A DNA stretch of 64,000 nt from Octopus sinensis (GCF_006345805.1 NC_043006.1:12276001-12340000), one strand, 5' to 3'; shown: positions 1 through 12,561, counted from the stretch's first letter. The notes: generated by a model from the letters alone, not told the origin. Made by a program: numbers and translations.

Positions 1-1313
1 TACGTACAAAATTTTACTCGCCGTCAAGAAGTTCACCAGCCTGACATTCCTGTCACTGTGCAAACAATGGCAGATATATTTTCAGTTTTCGTCCCCCCTG
101 GCGTGGATAAAATAAGTATAATGAAGTATTATACACGAATGAAGTTTGATTTTATATGTGTACCAATATTTAGAAATCAATATTTCATTCGAAATGTTTT
201 CATTTGTGTAAAAATGTTTTAATTTAACGAAAAAATACTTCTGTAGTTTTCGTAGAACTACAGTGTCAATTACGTGTGTGTTAATTAAACAAACGCTTAA
301 ATATAACATTAGCTATTAACATCAGGTGACTGTCTGTATGTTGCTGTTTCAGATGTTGTTGAACCATAAAATTAACGGATATTTTCACTAGATTTATCCG
401 AAAATAAAAGAAAGAAAGTAAATGATGCAAAACGAAACACTTTTAGAAGTGTACAAAAATATTAACGAACAATTTTTTTTAGAAAGAGATCAGATTTGTG
501 CAACATTTTATTATTATTATTTTTTTCAGTCTCAACATATTCCTCATAGAATGTCAGAAAAAAAAGCATCTGTTATACAAGTGTAGTAGTAAACGGAGAA
601 CGGTTTATGTGGTCGATTGAACTCAATCATAAAACTCAGTATCTATTCCTCTCATTGATGGCTGTAGATGACAAAATCGGTAAAGCGTGTTATAGCGGTA
701 TCTAGTTACGTTAATTTATATCCCGAGTTCAAAAAAAGACGTCGGAAAATTATTTTCCTTTAATTCATCTCATTTCGAACATCAGTTATTGAACAATCCT
801 TCAAAGTTTAGTGTCCTTAATCCAATGTTTGGACACTGGCAAAAGTCATTAAATGATTAGTTTGTCACATTTAACTACTTAAATGACAGAGAAGACAAAC
901 AGAATCACTATCGAAGTGAATTGAACTCGGAAAATAGATATACAATTATAGATAAAATGACAAAACTCTTCCGGTGTTGAACTGCCTTTTTAACTCCAAT
1001 ATTTATTCAGTATGTTAGATATTTCCGTTCAATACAACACACTTAAAATGCCTTTCTCATAATGGTTTCTAATGAGTACAGGGTATGAAATTTTACTGCT
1101 TTTATCGATCTGAAAGTCTGAAGGCATAGTTGATCGCGGCAGGATTTGATAAGAGAACATAAAAAGCCAACTGAAATATCGGACATCTTTTTCTGAAGCA
1201 TTAATAAATTTGCCATTCCAGCACCTTCAAAATATCTTACGAATGAATGTGGGAACCGCTATGCTACTGAGGGACTGATACCCGTGCCTGTGAAATATTT
1301 CTCAAGCTCCAAC

Positions 1314-1542
1314 TTATTTCTTTACTACCCACAAGGGGCTAAACACAGAGGGGACAAACAAGGAGAGACAAATGGATTAAGTCGATTACATCGACCCCAG
1401 TGCGTAACTGGTACTCAATTTATCGACCCCGAAAGGATGACAGGCAAAGTCGACCTCGGCGGAATTTGAACGCAGAACGTAACGGCAGGCGAAATACTGC
1501 TAAACATTTCGCCCGGCGTGCTAACGATTCTGCCAGCTCGCC
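1314..1542 (-). mobile_element. tRNA-derived SINE, family A, full length
   Basis: Reverse complement reads GGCGAGCTGGCAGAATCGTTAGC (A-box-like) ... GTTCAAATTCC (B-box-like) ... GGTCGACTTTGCC ... TTAGCCCCTTGTGGG. More than 10 related copies occur in the window. Confidence 0.9.
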
Positions 1543-1544
1543 AA

Positions 1545-1700
1545 ACTCCCACCTGCTGTCTTAAAGGTGGAGGAACTACACATTAAATAATGTGGTAATA
1601 GATATAACAAAAAAACTGACAGGATGGTCCAACTTGGAACACATTTGATTCTAGGCCTTCTCGTTCGGGTATGACCTGAGAGAAACTACAACAACAGAAA
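1545..1700 (+). mobile_element. Degenerate 3' part of another interspersed repeat with a CAA-rich tail
   Basis: Weak similarity to reverse-oriented pieces at about 31620-31690 and 38215-38270. Family recognised from memory only. Confidence 0.3.
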
Positions 1701-2411
1701 AAAACTATATATAACGTATTTAAACTTAAAACATGTAGGAAAATCGGAATTTTCTTCGTCACAAAGGTTCTCAAGGATAGATATGCAAATTGTAACAATT
1801 CGTGAAACATTAACAGCATAAATGAATTCAAACGACTTCGACTGGGAACCTAAATCATGAAGTGCATATTTTTAAGTGCTTTTGAAATGCTTTATTTTTT
1901 CCTCCGTTGTAATTTGAGAATAATATACAGGTTTCTAAGTTGAAGTATATTGTGCGGCTTCACATCACTGCTTCCATAGATTTAACTTCAATAAAAAGTT
2001 ATTTTACTCCAATAAATGTTTTCTGTTTTACATTTGAGATACATTTTCTTTCGCTTTTCTGAGTGGTTGTTGGAAGAAGAAAAAAAACGCATTGACAGAC
2101 AAGTATCCAAAGAATGTGCTCTCGAAGACATAATCATGAAATGAAGTAATAAAAACTACAGACAGCACACAAGAATTTGAATTTAATATTGTTCTGGATC
2201 AGTGAATGACCTAAAGTGGTAAGACACCTCCCCGAATGCAAAGCAAAGAGGGCCTTTTGATAACCGTAAAAACTGACAATGATAATCGTAAAGGTATGAA
2301 TGTTACATTTCCAGATAATCTATCCTATAATTTAGGGCGTTTCAACCGGGCCAAGATGAAAGGAATTGGAGATATATTGGTCTCACAGACCTGCCTCATT
2401 AAATAGCTTGT

Positions 2412-2447
2412 ATATATGTATGTGTGTGTGTATAAATGTACATGTGC

Positions 2448-2478
<31 letters not shown>

Positions 2479-2665
2479 AGTGTGTGTATGTATACGAATG
2501 TTCAGACATGTGTATATATATATATATACATTATATATAGAGAGAGAGAAAGAAGAGGGAGTGAGAGAAGAGGAAGGGAGAGGAGAAGAGGGAGAGAGAG
2601 AGGAGCAGGGGGAGAGAGAGGAGACGAGGGAGAAAGAGAGGAGAAGAGGGAGAGAGAGAGAGCGT
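2412..2665. repeat. Compound (TA)n/(TG)n/(GA)-rich simple repeat
   Basis: Directly visible; it accounts for the ORFs at 2383-2703. Confidence 0.9.
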
Positions 2666-2974
2666 TTGTGATAATGAACGAGAGATATCAATTCATGTTA
2701 TAAGAATATAAATATCGAATTTATTTGCTTATTTGTCTGATGGCATCCGGAGTGATACTTAGAATTTTCCTATTTCGTACTTTTGTCTTAGAAGGCAACA
2801 AATGCCAGCAGGCTGAGACAAAATAACATTCGAGTGCAATTCAAGATGGTGATGCTACATGAACAGATTAGTAGCTGATACAGGTCACTTGCTGTTTGCA
2901 TATCGATTCACACACACACCCAAAGATATATATATATATATATGTGTGTGTGTGTATATATGTATATGCATATA

Positions 2975-3090
2975 GTCAGCCTGAGGCCATAATAGAAAAC
3001 ACTTGCCTAAGGTAACATCCAGTGGGACTGAACACAGAACTACGCGATTGGAAAACAAACTAATTGTCACACCGCCACACCTGGACCTAT
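2975..3090 (-). mobile_element. Degenerate SINE family B head fragment
   Basis: ACACTTGCCTAAGG...CAGTGGGACTGAAC matches the reverse complement of the family B 5' half. Confidence 0.6.
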
Positions 3091-3864
3091 GAAGAGTGAA
3101 ACGCAAATATTCTTGGTAAATAAGGAATTTGAAAATATTGAAAGTGTGATAAGTTTATAATGATTATTTTGAAAATGTGAAGAGACGAATAATTGGAATT
3201 GTTGCTGGGGAGTAATAAAATAGGGTGGCATATATTATAGAATGTATTGATGTGAATTAATCGGGATAAATTAGGTCAAACCTAATGAAAACGGGTGTAA
3301 TTAAGTCTATAGATTACAGGCTTCAAATTGGGAGCCAAGTTTGAAGTAGCATTTGTTATTTTATCATGAATATTCTTACCTTAATTACCCAATTACTTGC
3401 AATATTAATGACGAATTTATTGAAAGACATGTGACTAAAGTCATCCTATGCAATGCGTGGTTGTAATTTCTAATTTGGATCACATATTCCGAGGTCAAAG
3501 TTGTGAAGGTTTTGTCCAACTGATGACGGCAATCTTTGAGTGTAAAATCCAAATGCTAATGAATCAGAAATCTGTAAATTCCAATATGATCTCGCAGACT
3601 GTTGTCATTTGGCAATACCCTATCAAGTGAAATATGTGACGTAATGGTTCCTTTCATCTTTTCCGCATATGACTCATCCTTTATAGTTAATCAGAAAAAC
3701 ACGATCAGTGTAACCCCAATAAAAATTCTTAAAATATACAACTGAAGACTAGACACAAAAGGTTGATCTGAACATGATGATGTACGATAAAAATATACGA
3801 CTGTGCTAATTTATGTAAACTTTCTGTGTAAATATTAATGCATTCAAGTCACTTTGTAGAGATA

Positions 3865-4285
3865 TACGTATAGTTCAATGCTGTCCACATCTGCACCTCA
3901 TATCAGGCTGTTAGTCCATCTGTTATTGTGGAGAAGAGGATGTCTAGTTCCTTTTTGAAGGCATATACTTCCCCCTATTGCAGACTTCTTAATTTTGGTG
4001 GCAGTGCATTGAAAAGCTGGGGGCCTTTGGACCTTAGACTAACGCAGTACTTGGTCCTGAAGTTAGATGCAGTGGATGGCACGTTTTGTACAATAAAATA
4101 GCGGCCGGTTCTGGCATTTGTATAACGCTCAATGCCGATATTAAGTACAAACCCTTCTAGGAGTAAAGTTTTAGCTTTCTCAGCCTATCCCTGTAGCTCA
4201 TCCTCTGCACTATTTCAATCCTTTTAGTGTATTGGCGTTGGACTGCTTCAAGCTCTGCTGTTAGTTCGGCACTAGTCCCGTGTTA
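3865..4285 (-). mobile_element. Decayed CR1/L2-type LINE, ORF2 C-terminal fragment
   Basis: Minus strand translates to ...FRTKYCVSLRSKGPQLFNALPPKLRSLQ*GEVYAFKKELDILF..., the typical GPxLFNxLP...FKxxLD C-terminus of CR1-group ORF2, with in-frame stops. Confidence 0.7.
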
Positions 4286-4350
4286 GATTATATATACATA
4301 CATACATACATACATGCATACATACATACATACACATATATATATATATA

Positions 4351-4393
<43 letters not shown>

Positions 4394-4883
4394 ATATGTA
4401 CACATGATCATTAAAAACAATGTGTTTGTCAATCTATGAAAACCATTAATATCTTTTTTCTGCTGCCATTAAAGATTTGAAAAGCAATTCTGACAATAAT
4501 TGGAGAATCGTCTTTGAACTTATAAAATGAAATATTTTATTTCGTAATTAGGAATCTATGAGAATATTTAGAAATTCAGATTTATTTATATAACACTATC
4601 CATAATTTTCTAATGACATTTTATCATGAAAATATAAGCCATCGGAGAATTTGTTTAATTCAAGTAACTTCAATCTTATTTTGAATAGGATTGGAATAAT
4701 TTCCTTTTAGATTAGAAACGAAATTGTTTCGCACTTTAAGAACTAATAACTCATTATTCTCGACAGAGCTCTCGAGGAAAATTCTATTAAGCCCTGCTTG
4801 TTTCGATATCACCATTGTACTCTCTCTCTCTCTCACTCTCTCTCTCTCACTCTCTCTCTCTCACTCTCTCTCTCTCTCTCTCT

Positions 4884-4928
<45 letters not shown>

Positions 4929-5058
4929 TAAACAGTAAAAATAATTACAGACATGGACAAGAACATGAAACACCACAGAGACGACACAAGAACCACAGGA
5001 TGGGACATTCGAAGCCCTCAGTCATCAGTCAAGAACCAGATCATCTTAGCAATTTCGG

Positions 5059-5132
<74 letters not shown>

Positions 5133-7147
5133 GACAGACAGAGACAGACAGACAGACAGAGACAGAGAGACACACACACACATATATAAATTATATGTGT
5201 GTGTATGTATGCTAATGCATATATGTATATATATATATATATATATAATATGTACACATGTTTATATACATAGCCACACACTCACACACATATATCTACA
5301 TATAGATATACGCACATATGTATGTATATTTCCGGCTGCATATCTGTATGCGTATATAGAGACATTCATACCTATACAAACTCATGTAGATGTGAAAGCA
5401 CAAAGACGTAAACGTATGCACACACACAAACGCATGATGCATACTGCTATGTATACATTTTCCCACATCTTTCTCTCTCTATCTCTCTCTCTCCCTCTCT
5501 TTCTCTGTCTTTATATATAAAACTTGTGTTTATACATATATAATATATTCGTGTGTAATATATATTTAGGCATTTTTGTGTTAGCGTGTGTCTAATTGTA
5601 AGTCTTATGTAGTAACTGTGGTTGTTGTTGGTGTTGCTTTGTGCTTGTGTGTGTGCTTTACTGACGAAATCCATATTATAGCTAGTGCAGTTTTTCAATA
5701 AGTCTATTGATCATCATATACGAAAAACAATTAAACTTTGCTATAGAGTGACATTATTGTACCACAGGCACAATAATGTAACGTCACACTTCGATAAATT
5801 TGTGTGTTATTTTAGACAGGAAACATATATTCTCCTTTCAACCTACTGCTTTACCAAATATATGCTGCTATTCAAAACTTATCGAATCAAAGTCAGCCTC
5901 TCTCTTTATCACATTTCTCTACCATTCTCCCCCATCTCTCTGCTTTTATATGCCTTTCCCTCAGACATGGTTCTTGTTTCTACTGAATATCGTTTTTATG
6001 TCTACGAATTTAGCACCATTATGTATTGTATTTCAAAGTATCTTTGTATACTGCAATGCCGACCTATTAAATTAAAAACATGTTTTAACGGAGTTTCTTT
6101 ACTATATTTATTACTTTTTTTATAGCTTAGTCTAAGAGATAAGTACAGCGCTCATGAACATTTATTATTCAGGTATTCTCAACCAGGCAGAAGGGAAGCA
6201 TAAGTTATTCTGAACCCAGAGATAGGGCTCAAATACTTACAACAGAGTAAATTCTCCTAAAGACCCTCACCAACGAACAACGTGTTAGTATTAAAGAGGG
6301 TGACAAGTTGCATCTAGCATTCATGAACTCAGATTTACACCCGTTTACACCCATTTACACCCATCCATCAACCTAGACTTGTACTTCTTTTTATTGACGC
6401 CGGGAAGAAAAAAGGTGACTTGATTATGGAAGGGTCTGAATTCAAGACACAAAGAGATTGTTTCCTACACTCTAACAAACGAACCTGTCAACTGCATGCC
6501 TCCTTCACTTTGAAGTATTTTCTGATATTGTTTCTTGGTTATGACGCACTTATGGGCAGACGCAGGCAGTTTTAGGGTATGGGAAGAGGTGCAGGTGAAA
6601 AGGAAGGAATGAACCAAACCAATATATTGCTACTATAGTAAGCGGTGTGATTAATTATGAAAATAATAAATGATATAGTAAAATTTTGTCATTATTATAC
6701 TTGTTTTTCCGATATAAATTTACATCAAATTATGATGGAAGCTTTTAACTGAGAAAACTTAAAACATTTTATTACCAAATTTCTGTTGAGGTATACTGCT
6801 ATTGTTTTAATGAATTTTGAAAGTACTGAACTATTAGTTATAATAGTTCAGTACTGGTCGTTATTAAGCAGAATTTTAAACGTAAATTAGCATGAAATTT
6901 TAATTGAGTATATTTAATTTAGATAATTTTAAAACAGAAATTGTATAAATGAGAACTAGGACCAGTGTAATCTGAGTTGTTGTATAAATGGTTTCAAGTT
7001 CAATAATACTCTACTGATAGTTTCCCTCATACACAGTCAAAACAAACTAAAAGAACTGCATACACACAAAAAATGGAACAATTACAGTAAGATCTAATAA
7101 GGTACTGAAGAAATTCTCATAAAATAGGTACAGCTTCAGTATGTATA

Positions 7148-7362
7148 TGTTTATTTATTACCCACAAGGGGCTAAACAAGGACAGACAAACGAATTAAGT
7201 CGATTACATCGACCCCAGTGCGTAACTGGACTTATTTAATCGACCCCGAACGGAAGACAGGCAAAGTCGACCTCGGCGGAATTTGAACTCAGAACGTAAC
7301 GACAGACGAAATACCGCTGAGCATTTCGCCCGTCGCGCTAACGTTTCTGCAAGCTCGCCGCC
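7148..7362 (-). mobile_element. SINE family A with internal deletion and 10-bp TSD
   Basis: Family A sequence; AGTATGTATA at 7138-7147 and 7363-7372. Confidence 0.9.
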
Positions 7363-8204
7363 AGTATGTATAAGTATGTATAGGTAATATCTGGAAGTGA
7401 TATTTTAAAATCAAATATAGTCTTCTTGATACAATATTGAACTTGCACTAAGACTTCAGATATTCAGAAAAATTATGTCAACAAGATTCAGGAAGGGGCC
7501 TGCAAATGATGTTATTTAGTCTCATGTTAGCCACGACAAAGAAATCATATGTATATCAGGCATAAACAAATAGTATGTCTAGAAACATTATGATTTACAG
7601 AAAGGTATGTAGGGTGTGATTTTAGGCAAATCTTGTTGCTGTTTGTAGCAAGCTGAATACCCGCATCAAGTGCTCCCTGTTGATGGTCGTTTAAATGTAC
7701 TCGATTTGTGTAACTCCGATAACACGAATGTATTTTTCAGTTTCACAAATGTTACTATAATTTTTATCCTATTTACTATTGATACTGAAAGAATTTCTTA
7801 TGCAAGATATTTTATTGGACAATAATTTCAACAAAGCTTTCCTACACAGAATCTAAACCCTCTTGATTCAGCACTTAGATACGATTTTATCAAATTTTAA
7901 TAACAAGAATAGAATTATCTCTAATTGAAAGAAGTCAGTTGATAAAATTCAATTCAAGTTTGATTCGTAATTAAAGTACTTGAAGCACTTGATTTCGGTG
8001 AGAAGTTTATACTTAAATAAATATTATCAGTACCAGTGTAGAAATAACTGTATTGAAAATATCAAGATTGCTTTGAAGACAACATCGTTCGGACACTCAA
8101 TGATGAAGAGCAGTGTGTGGACCATAGGTGTCACCTAGAATAGACTCGATTTTAGCTATAGTGTGCAAGCGGATTTTGTGAAACGCAAACAGAGAAGAAA
8201 ACGG

Positions 8205-8242
<38 letters not shown>

Positions 8243-8325
8243 GGGGGTGCATGTGTGTGTATCTTGCGTATACCTATGTATCTACCTTTATATACATATA
8301 TGTATGTGTATATATATATATATAT

Positions 8326-8536
8326 ATATTCTGTTGTGCCTTGGGAGAGTCATTCACTTTTAGTGCCTTATTATTTAACACACTCACCGGTAAAAGTCAA
8401 GACTATTGAAAAGGTTGCAACACGCAACGAAAATTTTAGAAAATAAACATAAGAAATAAGCGGAAATTTTACCGGTGAGTGTGTTAAATAATAAGGCACT
8501 AAAAGAGAATGACTCTCCCTAGACACAACAGAATAT
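8326..8536. mobile_element. MITE/foldback element with about 70-bp terminal inverted repeats
   Basis: 8326-8395 (ATATTCTGTTGTGCCTTGGGAGAGTCATTCAC...CACTCACCGGTAAAA) is a near-perfect reverse complement of 8467-8536. Confidence 0.8.
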
Positions 8537-8696
8537 GCTTCAACACATGAACTCATATAAAGAATCTTGCAAACCAAATCCCAAAAAGAATAATATATAT
8601 ATATATATAAAATAAAGTATCTGATGGAATCTTAGGGCACATTCAACTTCTTATATATATATATATAGTAATGGTATGACAACAAAAGAATGAATG

Positions 8697-8740
<44 letters not shown>

Positions 8741-8775
8741 TATATAGTAATGGTATGACAACAAAAGAATGAATG

Positions 8776-8810
<35 letters not shown>

Positions 8811-9128
8811 AATTAAGGACTGAACACGAAATCGCCATTCTCCACAAAGATTTTGTTCTCAAATAAAAATAAATAATATATGCTAGACCACTGGTTTTAA
8901 TTGACTAATATCAATTTCTACCCTTAATTTTTAAATATGAAATATATGTTCTCAAACCGATAAATTGACTGCTGCTAATTTATTAACTGCAGGCTAGTTT
9001 TTCGATTATCAGCGCGCCAAAAGTAGAGGCATTCGAAAGATACATCCGAACGTAATAGGTTGTACTTTTTGCATGCGGGACTCCGGTACCGTTTTTCATC
9101 TAGTACAGCATATTATGCTCATAACAAA

Positions 9129-9188
9129 CTACGCTGATGAAGTTACAGATATCCTTGTGATATTAATAGCTGAAACTGCAGTACGTAG
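9129..9188 (+). ncRNA. Minimal type I hammerhead ribozyme, intact core
   Basis: Stem I CTACG/CGTAG; CTGATGA at 9134-9140; stem II AGTTA/TAGCT extended by ATATC/GATAT; GAAA at 9172-9175; palindromic stem III ACTGCAGT; GUA site with predicted cut after 9183. Confidence 0.85.
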
Positions 9189-9462
9189 GTAATTATTCCA
9201 TTTAGTATTTTTCTTTTGTCTCATCCATTGCTTTAGGTCGTGCTGAATTTTATTTTTATTTGAGAACAAAATCTTTGTGGAGAATGGCGATTTGACGTCT
9301 ATATCTAGCATGTTGACTGTCCACCTTTTCGTGTTCAGTCCTTAATTGGTATATATAAATATTTTAATCTTCGGATTCTTTTTAATGTGCTAGACCACTG
9401 GTTTTAATTGACTAATATCAATTTCTACCCTTAATTTTTAAATATATATATATATATAATAT

Positions 9463-9544
<82 letters not shown>

Positions 9545-9602
9545 TATATATATATATTTCCCATTGTTAAACGGTCATTTTCATAGCATCTTCTGATTGT
9601 CT

Positions 9603-9665
9603 TAATAATTGACGAGATGCCGGAGCGGTTTTCCGCCCCGACATCCGACACTCGGATTTTTATTA
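9603..9665 (+). ncRNA. Hammerhead-like remnant with two core substitutions
   Basis: Stem I TAATAA/TTATTA; TTGACGA instead of CTGACGA; long stem II GATG..GCGG-TTTT-CCGC..CATC; GACA instead of GAAA. Same architecture as 57766-57827. Confidence 0.55.
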
Positions 9666-9759
9666 TAGCAAGCGAATAATTGTCTCATATTAAATTACAG
9701 ATAAATTCCTCTATTTACATAATATCGAGGTCTCATTCATTCTTTTGTTGTCATACCAT

Positions 9760-9804
<45 letters not shown>

Positions 9805-10893
9805 AAGTTGAAAGTGCCCTGAGATTCCATCAGATCCTTTATTTTTATATTTTTAAAGACCCAATCGATTTGATATTTATCTCTCAATTTTAACAGTTCA
9901 AATACTGCAAACGCCTTGCTTCTGACTGGAATTTAAAAATTGCCTTGTTTTTTATAGGGAGAACATGCCTTAAATTAGTATCTATTTTGGATACATTGTG
10001 ATTGGTCGAGGATGATTACGTGATCAGGTTTAGAAATTTTTGTAAGTGCTCCGCCACGTCCATTCTTTAGCATCATGTGACAATGTTTGTTAAAGTTGTC
10101 ACGCGTGAGTGTACATGTCAAGTGACAAAACTCTGATAGTCAAGGTTGTCTGAATTTTATCTGTCAAAAGCAGTACAGGGCGATCTCGGGATTACTAGTA
10201 ATCTCAGAAATTTTTCTAGGTTCCCCACGACGTCCTTGCGTTAATATATACGATTATATTTTTGGAGCCGAAAATCAAGGCTTGCACGGTTGAATGAACA
10301 CGGCTAGTGACAATCTCAAAATGTGATTTTCTCAGCTTAATCTGTCCAGTGGTAAAGTGGACAAGAGTTGTTTTTATGTAGCCTAGTGGTTCAGTGCTTG
10401 TGGTTCGTGTCTATGTATGCAGCCAGCAAATTTTGTTATCAGACGTCTTTTATCATTCAACACTTACGTACTTGTAGAATCTGCCAGTTAGCAGCCATGA
10501 TTAGGTTGTTAGCTGTATAACTTGAACATGTCAAGTAGACGGATGAGTTTGTGTGTGTCTATAGTTGTTCGTGAATATGAGTTCATATTAGAGTGTATAT
10601 CTTTCAACGGTGTATGTTGGAGGAACACACACAGATCAGCATGAAAACTGATAAAGTCATGCTTTGAAAGACACTCTCGCGGTATTTGTTCAACCCAATT
10701 TGCATACATAATCCCTTTTTTAATATCACCATGTAAGTGCAATTAAGTAGGGATTTTTTGAAAGACAGTAAAAAAATCTGAAAATCAGCTATAATAATGT
10801 AGCTTTCCAGTCTCATTGCTTTTAAGGTATGATGTTGTGGAGAAAAATGTTACAGAGGTTTAAAAATCGAAAAGGACTGTATAATTTTAGCTA

Positions 10894-11010
10894 ATCATCA
10901 TCATCATTGTTCGACCGTGGTCGAGACAATGGAATTTACCATGCTACGCCAGACTTCACGATCCATCATGGCATTACGGAGGTCCTGTTGCTGGATGCCT
11001 GTATACCTGG
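10894..11010 (-). mobile_element. 5'-truncated RTE-like LINE 3' end with (TGA)n tail
   Basis: Minus strand reads ...SRYTGIQQQDLRNAMMDREVWRSMVNSIVSTTVEQ* directly followed by TGATGATGATGAT. A DRxxWR motif followed by a short-repeat tail is typical of RTE C-termini. Confidence 0.7.
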
Positions 11011-11143
11011 AGAACGTGATCAGAGCCAGGACCCGGCAAAGCAGGGGCTGGACCTAAATCCGCAAGTATACCATTAGGTCTGGTTATAGGGAGCCAGAAA
11101 TTTTCTGCGTTTAGCGAAGCGGTGTCAACTATAGGATCGTACT
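11007..11143 (-). CDS. Candidate internal exon of an unidentified gene (phase 1 to 0)
   Basis: ctattaatttcacag|AG TAC...CTC CAG|gtatac; 137 nt; open frame (E)YDPIVDTASLNAENFWLPITRPNGILADLGPAPALPGPGSDHVLQ; visibly more GC-rich than the flanks. No family recognised. Confidence 0.35.
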
Positions 11144-11377
11144 CTGTGAAATTAATAGTTTAGCGTCAGTGAAGTGTCCTCTTCATCGCAGGTTTCTAAA
11201 TAAACAGAAATACCTAATAAAATCAACAGGTATCATCTTACTGGTTATTTAGTCACTTCATTGATTGTATGGTTTTATTATTTTTTTAAAATTTGTAATA
11301 TTACTATATTTGTTTGCATGTGTTTACTTTATGCGCATTTTAGTATTATGATTACCTTTCATGTATTTGTATACATC

Positions 11378-11608
11378 TGTTTCTTTATTGCCCACAAGGG
11401 GCTAAACATAGAGGGGACAAACAAGGACAGACAAACGGATTAAGTCGATTACATCGACCCCTGTGCGTAACTGATACTTAATTTATCGAACCCGAAAGGA
11501 TGAAAGGCAAAGTCGACCTCGGCGGAATTTGAACTCAGAACGCAACGACAGACGAAATACCGCTAAGCATTTCGCCCGGCGTGCTAACGTTTCTGCCAGC
11601 TCGCCGCC
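11378..11608 (-). mobile_element. SINE family A with 12-bp TSD
   Basis: Family A sequence; TTTGTATACATC at 11366-11377 and 11609-11620. Confidence 0.92.
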
Positions 11609-11693
11609 TTTGTATACATCATTGACATAAAGTGCATGTGGATGTATGTATTCATATATTAGTTTATATGTACATTTATGCATTCATGTGTGT

Positions 11694-11744
<51 letters not shown>

Positions 11745-12289
11745 TGTGCGAAAGGGCGTCTGTCACCAAAACTCCAAAGTCGAGTAACGTTTTCATGCTT
11801 GGATTTGTAATCTACGATAAGAATAACACTGGTCAACAAATAATTTGTCTCAAGGAAAAGAATACCTGTATATTATACGCTTTTGCATGAAGAATTTAAA
11901 AATGATATGAAATTATCTATATTACCCACAGTTTCTCTGTTCTGCGATATCCCGCTCAGTTCCTGATACGTGGGTTAAATATCGGTTAAGGTGTTGACGT
12001 GTGAAGCTAACGGTTTAAGGAATACTCCTAATTAAAATTTTTTAGAACAGAATTAAACTAGTGAAATCAAAAATCCAGCTATCAGAGTCAATGAGTTCCA
12101 AAAATATATGAAATAGAAAAAAATATGTAAAAACACTAACACACAGTAAAATGCTAAAAAAAAAACACAGAAAAATACTAACACACAGAAGCACAGAAAA
12201 GTATGTAATATTCTAACACAGAAAAATTAAAACAAAAGGCGCGGGTGCAAAGAACCTCGTGGTGCGAAGAATTAAGCGTGAAAAATCAA

Positions 12290-12561
12290 TGTAGACAACA
12301 GCGGTACAGACAAAAGTGAACCACAACACAGCGTGTGGTTGTCATGGTAACAATCTGCTAATGCCACGCTGTCTGTTGATTGGCTAAAATTACCCAAATT
12401 TCCCAAATTTAATTCCAAATAACATCAGATACTTTAATTTAAGAGATAAAGTAATGGGTTGATCATAATCAAAGTTCAGAGTTGCATCGATACACCGAAA
12501 TTGAAAGTAATTCCAGAAAAACTAAGGTGGGTTCATTTTGCGAATGAGAAAAACTAGATCC
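12290..12561. mobile_element. Probable one-ended DNA-transposon fragment ending in GATCC
   Basis: Ends ...GAGAAAAACTAGATCC, the same terminal pentamer as the TIR element at 43819-44216. No matching left end found. Confidence 0.3.

Larger units (their letters stand above)
8619..9835. mobile_element. Composite (TA)n-embedded cassette with nested inverted repeats and two hammerhead motifs
   Basis: Outer inverted pair 8619-8697 / 9733-9835; inner inverted pair 8806-8873 / 9249-9353; identical 58-bp direct repeat at 8881-8938 and 9388-9445. Confidence 0.75.

Noticed and set aside
1284-1469. ORFs such as YYPQGAKHRGDKQG...GKVDLGGI (also 51821-52177, 63105-63432)
   Set aside because: They are read-throughs of SINE family A; the recurring peptide reflects the repeat, not a gene family.
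10216-10513. Open minus-strand frame at 10216-10410 and a mini-exon ending at a strong GTAAGT donor (10468)
   Set aside because: The acceptor of the long frame is weak, the mini-exon is out of phase with the 11007-11143 candidate, and no homology was recognised.
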